The notes under the pieces are model-generated. The model made no database searches, was not told the DNA's origin, and saw nothing but the letters and a program-made list of their open reading frames with translations. Positions 1 through 15,900 of a stretch of DNA of 64,000 nt are shown one piece after another. The stretch covers positions 133,241-197,240 of the forward strand of contig MU058045.1 of NCBI GenBank assembly GCA_013265495.1. Reading direction: 5' to 3'. The stretch is from Vicugna vicugna (taxonomy: Eukaryota). Within the stretch, counting starts at the first letter, position 1. Each line of letters opens with the position of its first letter. Both the position numbers and the translations under genes were made by a program.

Positions 1-1500
1 AGCGGCCGGGGCAACGGGAGGCTCCGGCGGAGGAGGGGGGGACGGCGCCTGCGCAGTGCGGGTGAGCGTCACGATGGGAGAGAGGGGGTGAGGGGAGACC
101 CTCTTAGCCATCAACTTCCCTGTCCAGCTGTTTCTCTGTGGACTTCAGCTTCCACAGTATACTCTTATTCCGACCCTCTACAAATAGACACTCCTAAAAT
201 TTACCAATTTACCGTTCTGGTTCTCAGGGACCCTTTATTCTACCTAATCTTCCAACTATAAAAAAACATAGGCCCCTAACTATTCCAAAATCTTACTGGA
301 CCCTCGGGGTGCAGGCAAGGAAGAAGCAGGTCTCCCTCAATTCAGAAGGACCCCCAAGGGTCCCCACAAGCCTCCCTCAAGCCCCTCCCCCATACCTCCC
401 CAAAGATTGTTAAAATGGACACTTCCCCTCAGATGCCAAGACATCTCCCATTCTAACCAGCAGCAAAGCCCCACCTGATAGCCAGACAAGAGTTTAAGGA
501 CCACAGATCCCGTTGTGCCTTCAAATTAATCTACCCTTTAAATCATCCCTTTTAAAATTATATCCATCCCCCAGTCTACCAACAGAGACCTTGAAATTAA
601 TGCAACTCTTACCCTTGCTCTAATCTAAACATCCAAACAAGCAGTCTTCAAATTCGTTTGGGGTCCTCTGTCCAAATCCTTGAACCTAATGACTTTGTAA
701 TATACCACTCCCCAATACCACCAGACTGCATTTTAGGGACTACTTAATGTATCTTAAAGATGGCCTTCCAAATTAAATTGCGACCTCTTCAATTTATTAC
801 CAAACCTTAAATTAAGAGATATTTTCCTATTCCTTTTCTTTACCCTTTAAATGCATCCATTACTTCCTTTTCTGGCTGCCTTTCCTACATTTCATTTCAA
901 CATCCCCACCATGAGTCTAAACTTCCACTTTGTTGGAAGATTACTCTCAAATATATCTATCTCCCCGATACCTAAGTCTCAAAAATTATTCACCAAAATA
1001 AGATCTGGCCTGTAATTTGCAGTGACCCACAAATCTCCCAGAATACCCCTAAATGACTGCCTCAGATCTCTTCACAGGCTTCCATTTTGTCCCAGACTGA
1101 ACCTGAAAGCATCTCTTGTAAATATTCTCCATTGAACGCCCACCTTTCCAACTCTGAAAGCCCAGTGAGCAGTCTCCTAAAATCTGTTTCTCTGGCTTCT
1201 CTAAAATGCCCACATGTGGTAGAGAGGACAGACTTCCCTAGAACCTCACCCATGCCCCCTCTCTTCCCGTTGATCAGAATCTGTTAGATGCGCCCCCAGA
1301 ATGCCACCCCAATGCCCTAGTTTCATATCTGGATAGAATGCTTGGATCCTCAGAGAGAGCCAGTGCGGAAGGGGCTGGACTAGAAATTCCTTCTAGAATA
1401 GAAAACGCACAGGCCCTAGTTCTCCACCAGTGGGCGCTATGGCCCACTAAGACCCTCCCCTATCCCCCATTTCCTTTTTCCCTCCATTTTCCGTTTCCCT

Positions 1501-2626
1501 GTTGCCTGGCAACGCAGCAAGGACTTTGCTGTCGCCTAGCAACCGTCTCCCTGGAACACAGAGCTGAGGTAGGAGGTTGTGCTCTGATGAAATCTGAACA
1601 GGGCTCCATCTTTGGAAAATTGAGACGTCAGATCGCCCAACCCCCGGATTCTCCTTTCCAAAGACCCCTGTGCCCTGCAGTTTCTCAGACAGCAAGCCCC
1701 TCAAACCCCGTCTCGTTTCTGCACATGGGACAACGCCACGCCTCTGCGGGTCAGCCCCGCCCTCATTTTGGGCCGGTTACCCAGCTCTAAGGCCCCGCCC
1801 CTTTCCAAGGCGTTGGGGCCCGCCTCCCTTGATAGAGTAAGCCAGGCCCCGCCCACCTGCCTCCAGGAGGCCACGCCTCCGTCCGCTTCCCGCCCATTGC
1901 TGCCCCAGCCTCGCCCACACTGTCCCTCCGCCACGCCCCTGTTGGCCAATGAATGAGGCCGTTGGCCTCACTGCCCCGCCCTCGGCATCTTAGCTTTGCC
2001 CAATAAGGACCACCCGGAGGGTTTAACCGCTTCGCCTCCAGGACTCCGGCCAAATACCTCCAGTCGTTCCCCACTTTCCTCCCTCCCCCACTTATTCTGC
2101 TCCGCCCTCCACCACCCTCGCCCGGCCCTCAAGTCCGCCACGCAACTTCGGTCGTCGCCGGTTACCATGGCAACGGCGGCAGCAGCGCGGGGAGAAGGGG
2201 GAGGGACGGGGGCGGAGTGGGAGAAAGAGACACTCGAGACAGAGAGACACCGGCAGAGAGATAGGCACGGAGTAAACCTAAGTGATAGCTATAAGGACAG
2301 AGTTAGCACAAAGCACAGGGCCTGGCATATGGTAGGCATTCAATAAATTGTTCCTTAAATTACTGCGGCAGAAGTCTAAATATAGGCAATGAAAGATGGA
2401 GGACTCAGACGGAGCTGGGAAGCTCAACGACCGCAAAGCATGAGCACCCTCTACCCCACCCAGCATTTTGGGGGGACAAGTGCCATGTGCCCCCTGCTGG
2501 CTCCTCGTAGGCTAACCCTCCGCTGCCCTGGATAGAGATGAACCACAATTCCCAACAGCCCCATGGGCAGCAACCCTCTAACATTGAGGGAGCTTGTGCC
2601 TCAAGGCCTTATGGGACTTGGAGTCC
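1501..2626. promoter_or_regulatory. Intronic promoter/enhancer-like cluster in DLG4 (RFX X-boxes, GC boxes, CCAAT, ZNF143-like)
   Basis: GTTGCCTGGCAAC 1501-1513, GTCGCCTAGCAAC 1531-1543, GTTACCATGGCAAC 2161-2174; many CCCGCCC/CCACGCC boxes 1755-1980; CCAAT near 1946 and 2001; AACCACAATTCCCAACAGCC near 2541. Confidence 0.6.
2295..2360 (+). mobile_element. L2 3' end fragment
   Basis: agcacagggcctggcatatggtaggcattcaataaattgtt resembles the L2 terminal consensus. Confidence 0.55.
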
Positions 2627-4493
2627 CCGCCATCCCGAGACTGACAAGTTTTCAGGCCATGGAATGTGACAAGCCCGGGTCTCCACGCCTCTGTAAAACC
2701 CCAAAATGCATGATCCTCTCTGCACAAGGCTCCTAATTTCGGGGATGCCCAACTCTGGGCTCCATCAAAGAAGTAGGATTCTTGAAGGAAGATGAATAAA
2801 CCACCCCCCTCCTAGAATAGCTGCCAGTGCAGGCAAGCCCCCTCACCCTCGCTTGCATATGTGTGTTCACGTGTTGGAAGGAGAGCCCACACATTCCAAC
2901 TGGATTTCTGTGTTCACCTGCACATAAGGGACCACAACCAGGGAGCCTAAGGCTAAGGGGCAGGCTAAGGGCAGGAGACAGGAGGAACTGAGGCTCAAAC
3001 ACATCAAAGAAGAGCAGGCCAGAGAAACTGAGGCACAAAAATCCATTGAAACTACAGGGGATGGGAGGAAGAAGCACTATGGAAGAAAGCCCAAAGCCTA
3101 CAGAATGAGGGATAAGCAAGTAGCCCTGGAGAGGCGGTGGGGGCTCAGACCTAAAGGTCCTCAGCCCCGTATCTCTTCCATCCGCGCTCACACATGCACG
3201 ACGCATGTGTAGACGCATGTGTACACACATGTGTGAGTTAGTGGCAGGGAACATGTGTGTCCTCAACTCCCTCCCCTAAGAAGCTGCAGTTCACACTAAA
3301 TATAACCCCCTCCCCAGCCTGTGACTCCCCCAGACCCCGCAGCCCAAGCCTCCCTCCACACACCAGGCATCCAGCTCTCCAGTCCCAGAGTCTCAAAGCC
3401 AAGACCTAGGTATTCTGCATCCCACCAGGAGCTGGCTAGCACTCCCCATCCAAGAGCTCCTGCACTTGCCAGGCTCCAACCACAGGGCCACCCTTGTCCA
3501 GATCTTCACTGCTGCCAGCCCGGCCCTCCTCCTACTCCTCTGCACCCCAGTAACCTTAAATCCAGGTGTCCTCCCCTACCTTGATCCCAAGTATCAGGGG
3601 TAACAGGAACATTCCCCTCCATCCGCTCTTCTCCCTCTTTCTCAACGAGGGGCAGATACAGTGTGGGAGGAGATGGGGATGTTGGGAACCTGCCTGGGCC
3701 ACCCCCAAATTTTGCACCATGTTCCTGGTCCCCCTCCTCATATCCCCTCTCTCACAAAACCTCTCCTCCTCCTTTTCAGGAGCTGGCAACCTCAGCTGCT
3801 GCAACCTTCTACCTCCCAAGGGAGTACCCCAAATCATAACCTCACCTGGTCCATTCCCTCAGGTGATCCTATATCAGGCCCCAGCTCTCTGACTCCCAAC
3901 TATCTCCATCCATATGACTGAACCCTAAATTAACAGTTCCCTCAAATTGAGAGAGCACCCCCCAAAATGCATTGACCACGAGACGCTTGTTCTATAGCCT
4001 GAAGGCCTGACACCCCTAGACCAGTCAGGCACTCACAACCAGTAACCGTCTACCCCCAAGCCAGGAGCCCCCTGAAACTGAACAAGGCACCTGGAAGCTA
4101 GCTTGTCCCCCAACAGGAAAGAGGAACCCCCTACCACATAGTCCACCTTCTAACATTACACCAAGCAGGACTCCCATGTGAGCCAGGCTTCTCCTTAAAT
4201 AAGTCTCCCTCAAACCTCACTGGTGAACCTCCAAACCCACCAGACCCCCCTAGTCACAGGATACCCCCAAATTTTCCATTTCTCTACAGGTACAAAAGGA
4301 TCACTCCAGGGGGCACCTGTGGCCAAACCCAGCATTTTCTCAGATGTGAACCCCCCAAACTAAATGATGAACCCCAAATACAGCTTCTGATGCTCTCACT
4401 TCAGGGCCCCCAGCCGCAGGTTAGGCCTGACTAACCCCTCCCCACAAACTCATATCCTTCCCCCCAGTTTAGAGGCCCCCCCATCATGCTTAC

Positions 4494-4523
4494 CTTGGTT
4501 GTCACTATACAGAGACAGTCCAT
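4494..4523 (-). CDS. DLG4: PSD-95 alpha isoform first coding exon (MDCLCIVTTK, palmitoylated Cys3/Cys5); rest of gene lies beyond the left window edge
   Basis: Reverse complement reads ATG GAC TGT CTC TGT ATA GTG ACA ACC AAG followed by donor gtaagc; the peptide is the known PSD-95 alpha N-terminus. Confidence 0.96.
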
Positions 4524-4708
4524 GTTGGGGGGCCTGGCCGCGGCGGCGGGTAAGGGGCTCTGACTTCATCGGAGTTTCGTTCCTCCCCTCCGTGGGTTCT
4601 CACCCCTCCCCCCTCCGCACCCCACTTTTGCAGGGGGGGCCAGGATGGGGGGAGGGGTGAGAGGGGAAAGAAGGGGTTGGAGAAGGGAAGGGCAGGGGAG
4701 CGTGGGAG

Positions 4709-4831
4709 NNNNNNNNNNNNNNNNNNNNNNNNNNNNNNNNNNNNNNNNNNNNNNNNNNNNNNNNNNNNNNNNNNNNNNNNNNNNNNNNNNNNNNNNNNNN
4801 NNNNNNNNNNNNNNNNNNNNNNNNNNNNNNN
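4709..4831. other. Assembly gap (123 N) in purine-rich DLG4 alpha promoter/5'UTR
   Basis: Run of N flanked by G/A-rich tracts. Confidence 0.99.
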
Positions 4832-5416
4832 GAGGAGGGAAGGGGAGAGAGGAGGAGAGAGGAAGCAGGGGGAGGGAGGGAGGGAGCCAGGAGCGAGAAT
4901 GGGGGGGGGGGCCTTGGCAGAGTTAACTCCTTCCGCGCTGGCAGGAACCCGGATAATGGGAAAGGAGATGGAGGCAGAAGCCGAAAGGCCTGAAGGCTAA
5001 CATGGAGCCACCAGCCATGACAGCGGAGGCAGAGAGGAGGGCGTTCATTTCTTAGTGAGGAAGCACCCACAGATGGGCCAAGGAGCACCCAGGGTGGTTG
5101 AGATACTGGAGAGAGGCCATGGTAGGGGGTAGAGAGGGAGGGAGGGGCTGGCAGGAGGGAATCCCTGGGGGCCTAGTTCTCCCCTCAGGAACCAGAGGAG
5201 GAGGCCTAAAAAGTTGACTGCCTGAAATTGGGGCAGGCAAAAGAAGAAGGGGAAGCCAAAGAGACAAGGTCGGGCTGGAGACCATTCTCTGTGCCCCTGC
5301 CTCAGGACGGTGTCCCCAGGGCTCCCAAGTCGCAGGTTAATATTAGCAGTACTTAGCTCACCCCTCCAGCCCTGCCTGTTCCCTCAGGAAGTCAGGCCCC
5401 ACTCTCACCCCCTTAC

Positions 5417-6035
<619 letters not shown>

Positions 6036-6383
6036 CTCTGTCTTCTCTCACTTTAATCTCCTTAATCCACCAGGGTAGGAGCTGAGCTGGCTTCTCCCCA
6101 CCCAGCTCTAGCTGCCAGGTAAAGTAGGCAGTCTCCGACCCGCCCACTGTCCCATCCTTGCCCAGGTCCCCAGGCACCACCACCGCCACCTTCCTCCTCA
6201 TACCCTGGCTCCTCTCCCCAAGGCCAGGTGTGACCACTACACTTTCCTGAGGTCTTGAGAAGAGGGTCACCCCCAAAGTGCTCCTGCAGCTCGAAAGGAA
6301 CAGTAGCTGTAAGTCTCTCTTCCTGGGCCTGTCCCCAGTGAGAATGGCAAAAAGAAGCATGAATTACCTGGGACTTCTTGACC

Positions 6384-6385
<2 letters not shown>

Positions 6386-6446
<61 letters not shown>

Positions 6447-6451
6447 TGTGT
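6386..6451. repeat. (GT)n microsatellite, about 33 units with one interruption
   Basis: Seen directly. Confidence 0.98.
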
Positions 6452-7039
6452 TTGCAGGGGCTGGGACATAAGAATTGCTACAGTTCTCTTCAGGCTTGGG
6501 AAGAATCCATCTGCCCAGAGGTATAGCCTGACAACCTGGTCTCAGGAAGGAACAGAGGGCAGAGAGAGAGAGATGTTCAGGAAGGCCTCAGAGGCCCTGA
6601 GGATGAGACAGCAAACCTGGGGGTCCTTCGTACTGCGGAAATTTAGCTGTTTCCAGAGTCAGTGATACCTCCTAGGTCTCAGGAGAATATGCCTGGGGCA
6701 CTCACACCCAACTTGAGTCCTGCACCCCACCATTTCCCTCCCTTTTTTTTTTTTTTTTTTGGTGGAGATGGATTTGAGGAGGGATCCCAAAGAGTCTACT
6801 TTCCATGCCTCTGTCTCTGGCATCTATCTTACACTTCTCTCTTCCCCGCTCCCCCTTCTAATTCCACCTGTGAAGTTCTCCCTTCAGCCTACCCTCCATC
6901 CCTCTAGCTGCAATCGGCTAAATTATTCCCTATTCCGCCCCAGCCTGTTTTATCACCCCTTTCAATAGCTACACTCTAGTTGGGACAAGCGAGATGAAAG
7001 AGTTTGAGGGAGACAAGGAACGTTTGGAGATGACCCTGG

Positions 7040-7232
7040 GTCAACCAGAATGCAGGGGCTGAGTGGCGCTCCAGAACTACAGCTCCCAGCATGCTCCGGC
7101 AGCCGGAAGCCCCGCCCACCCGCCTCCCGGTGCATTGTGGAGGATGAGTCAGGGCAGGGGCACCAGGCTTGGGCAGACCTGAGAGAGTGTTAGAGCAGCG
7201 CTCAGGGCAGCGGCGGCCGGAGCGGTTAGGAG
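7040..7232. promoter_or_regulatory. DLG4/ACADVL bidirectional promoter
   Basis: Head-to-head ATGs at 6035(-) and 7233(+); ZNF143-type ACTACAGCTCCCAGCATGC 7076-7094, ETS CCGGAAG, GC box; CpG-rich. Confidence 0.75.
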
Positions 7233-12103
<4,871 letters not shown>

Positions 12104-12247
12104 ATACTCCCAACCAGGGCCTGGCCCAGAACATGCCTTCTGTCAAGCCAAAGCCCTGGCCCCTTTCCTGCCCATCCCGGTTCTGCCTTGAAGGGGGCCT
12201 GGGCCCGGAATGTGCCTGCTCTCTGAGGGAGCACTTCTTGCCTCACA

Positions 12248-12253
12248 AATAAA
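12248..12253 (+). terminator. ACADVL polyadenylation signal AATAAA
   Basis: 145 nt after the stop, followed by a T/GT-rich downstream tract. Confidence 0.85.
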
Positions 12254-12359
12254 GTTTCTAACAAGTCATGTTCTTTTATCGTAGCTCCATCCTTTCCTTT
12301 GCTGCCTGCCTCCCTCCCAAAGAAAGGAGCCAAAGGCGTAGGGAATTTACCCCTATTGC

Positions 12360-12365
12360 TTTATT
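12360..12365 (-). terminator. DVL2 polyadenylation signal AATAAA
   Basis: TTTATT on + strand about 560 nt past the DVL2 stop. Confidence 0.8.
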
Positions 12366-12925
12366 TGGTGCTTTATACATGTGACTAAAATAAATAGAGT
12401 AACAAAAGCAGCTACACGGCCCCCGAATACCCCAGCTTCCTTTGACTGCTGTCTAGGGTAAGCAGCACCCTCCCACTTCCCAGGGTACCGCTGACCCCCC
12501 CACCCTGCGCAGGACATGGTGGACTGGGCAAATGGAGTAGGGGGTCACATTTGGGGGTCAGAAGGAGCCCAGGAGACAGGGATTCTTCATATAAAAGAGA
12601 AAATGTCTGCTAAAAAAAAATAGTCCAAAAAATGTAAGAAAGTCTATTTTAACCCCCCAAAAGGCTTACAAAAAACAATAAGGCTAAAAATAACCAAAGG
12701 TCCTTTGCACACCCCCCGAAGGAAGGGGGAGGAACCAGGCACTGCTGGTAAGAGTCACAGTGGCAACAACCTCACAGCAGGCCGCAGCCCGCAGGACAGG
12801 CCGAGTCCAGGCACCAGGGGAGTAAGGAGCATGTGACTGGCAAGACACCCAGTCACAGGACAGGAGCACCAAGTACTGGCTGGACAGGCCGAGGGTGGAG
12901 ATCCAACATGGCCCCACCACAGGCT

Positions 12926-15900
12926 CTACATAACATCCACGAAGAACTCACTAGGGTTGCCCATGGCCATGTGGAAGCTTTGGCGGCTGGCTGTCAACTC
13001 TGGGGGCACAGAGCCCAGGTCCCTAACTGGAGGGGCCCCTGGAGGCTGCACTGCTGGCGGAATAGGGGGTGGGGGTGGGGGCATCATGACCACCATCATG
13101 GGGTTATAGGGGAGGGCCATACCAGGAGGGGGTCCATAAGGATGGAGCCCTGGGTGGGCTCGGAGATTGGGAGCACCTCCTGATGAGCCTCTGGATGGGG
13201 GAGGACCCCCATCACCAGTCCCACCAGGTTCCCCACCCCGCCGAAGGCTGCCTCCCCGGCTGGAGGGCTCCGACTCACTGCCGCTGCCAGACTTGGACTC
13301 AGAGGCCCGCTCCTCGGGCCTCCCTGTGCGCCCTGCCCCCCCATCGCTTCGTGTCGACCCACTGCTCCGGCTCCCTGTTGGGGGAGAGGGGATGGGAGCA
13401 ACTGAGCCCTAGACCAGGCTCGCTCAGCAGCCCCAGCCCCTGCTTCAGCCTCTCCTCCCTGGTTTCACCTTGGCCCCCACCCTGCCCAAACCTGGCTGTA
13501 GGGGTGTCTGGCGGTGACTTACCCTCACTGTGCTGGCTGCTGGCACTGCCTCCTCCGTAGGTGTAGGACGAGAGCTCGTGGTACGGCGGGGGCTGAGGAC
13601 TGTATGGGTGAGGAGCTGGGTACTGGTAGGAGAAGGTGGGCAGCAGGGGCCAGGGGGTCGCCCCAGGCAGAGGAGCCAAGGTGTCCTGGTCTGAAGCACC
13701 ACTAGAGCCATCATTGTCATTCAGAGACAGGTTGACTAGATCTAGAAGGCAAGAGAAAAGAATCACCGCTTAGAGAAGCCAAGACCCTGAAACATCAAGC
13801 AAAGACCTGGAAACCGATTCCCCAAAACCATTCCTGATGGGGGTTAAACAAGGACCTCAGACAGGAAATTTCCCACCCATCACAGCCATCAGGGCAGAAA
13901 CTCAGCCAGGGCCACCACAAGTCCCACACGTACTCATGAGCCTCATTAAAAGCTTCACCCCCTCACCCCAACCCCCAGAAGATACACGCCTGTGCCAGGC
14001 GCACAGCTCGTCCAGCAAAACCTCAGTGGACGCTGGCCCCCACTTGCATCGTTGGCCAGTGCAGGGCCCGGCACAGGATGCACAGTGCTCAGCGTCCACG
14101 AGGACCCCAGCTGGTTTCTGCGTCAGGTCTGGTTGGAGAGGCAGGACAAGGCAGCTAGAGCCGCCCTCCCTGGGCTGGGACAGAGGCACTCACAACTCTC
14201 ACAGCCGCCACTGAGGTCTCCGAAGACATAATAGCACTGCTCAGAGAAGGTGATCTTGTTCACCGTGTGCCGGATGAGCCCTGCCTTGAGCAGCCCACTG
14301 GCATACTTGCGGGCCTCCCGCCGCTCAGGAAAGCCCTCCACGTGATGGTAGAGCCAGTCGACCACGTCTGAGCCTGGATTGTCCAGGGCAGAGAAAGGCC
14401 TCAGGTTCTCCTCCCCAGCTCCTATCTCACCCATGCCTGGGCCACCCACCCCTCCACACTTTGGCCTCCTCCTGCTCCCCACGCCACCTGCCCAGGGCCC
14501 AGCAGTACCCAGAAATGCATTAGGGATGGTGATCTTGAGCCACATGCGGTCTCGAACTTCCAGTCCAGACTCTGGGGCTGCCATGGCCTTGGTCACAGAT
14601 GCCATGTCTGTATGGATGGAGAGACCCCGGCCCTCACAGCCTGGCAGAGGAAAAATGGGGAATCAGAGGTAGGGCCAAGTCCCATGGAGTGCGAGGTCAC
14701 ACCACACTAGGAGGCCTTCCAGAGAGGGTGGATGAGTTGAACTTGGGGTCTCACCATCAGGCAAAGAGGACCCAGATGTAATGGTGCTCATGGACGAGGA
14801 GCCTGGATAGGCGGGGAAGGTGCCGGTCAGTGCAGCAGAGTGTGAGACCCAGGCAGCAGGGTCAATTGGCTGGATGGGTTCATCTGGGACAGAGAAGGCC
14901 ACCAAGATGATCACTTCCCAGTCCCAGAGAGCCAGCCCTGTCCCTCCCAGATTCAGACTCCCATCCTGCCCCTGCCTTGACCCTCCTCTCACTGGAGCCT
15001 AGATGCCCAGCCCCAGCGCCACCCTACACCCATCATCATCCCAGCGGCAGGCCCTGAGCACCACTCACTTCGCGGGAGAGTGAAATAGGCCTGCGGAGAG
15101 GGATCCCAGCACTTGGCCACAGTCAGCACGATGGGGCTGTGGAGAAGAGGCGGCCAGTCAAGCACGGGTGAGAGGAGAGGCCTCAGGAGCAGGGAGGCCT
15201 GGAATGAGAGTGGGAGAGGGACAGAAAGAGGAACAGAAGAAAGAGCACAGATGCGCCTGGGCCATAGAAGGTGAGGGCGGAAGGCTCCACAACGTGGTGA
15301 CTCACCGACAGGGTAACTCAAACACACACTGCTGAGTAAGACAAGAGAGTATACGCCGCATGGCCCTGCTCACACAAAGTCCAAAGACGAGTAACACTAA
15401 GCTCTGTTGTTCACAGTTATGTGCATGGGTGATGAAACCAACACGAAGATTTTCTTTGTCGTGGTGATGACCAAAGAATCGGGATAGCAGTGACCTCTGG
15501 GGGAGGGAGGAGAGGGGACTGGGAAGGGACACTGCGGGGCTCCTTTGGGTGTCAGCAATCTTCTAGGTCCTGATCTAGGCAGTGGGGATAGAGGCATTCA
15601 TTCCAGAACTACTCATTATGTTATGCATTTTTGCTTTACATATCTTTTGACGGGCATTACGTTTCACTGCTTCCAAAAATGACAAAACAAAAGGAGACAA
15701 GATGAAGGAACAGAGCTGAGGACCTGGGAGCAGCCTGGAGCCTCACCCCGGCTTGTGCACGATGTCCCTCAGCACCCGCACCGCGTCGTCGTTGCTCATG
15801 TTCTCAAAGTTCATGTCGTTCACCTGCCAGGAAGGGGTGGTGGGTCATAGATGGGGGCGAGGGGCTGACGGCCCGGCAGAATCAGCAGGTGGCCCTGCCC

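Noticed and set aside
6062..6665. ORFs with (TH)n or (CV)n repeats
   Set aside because: Translations of the GT microsatellite.
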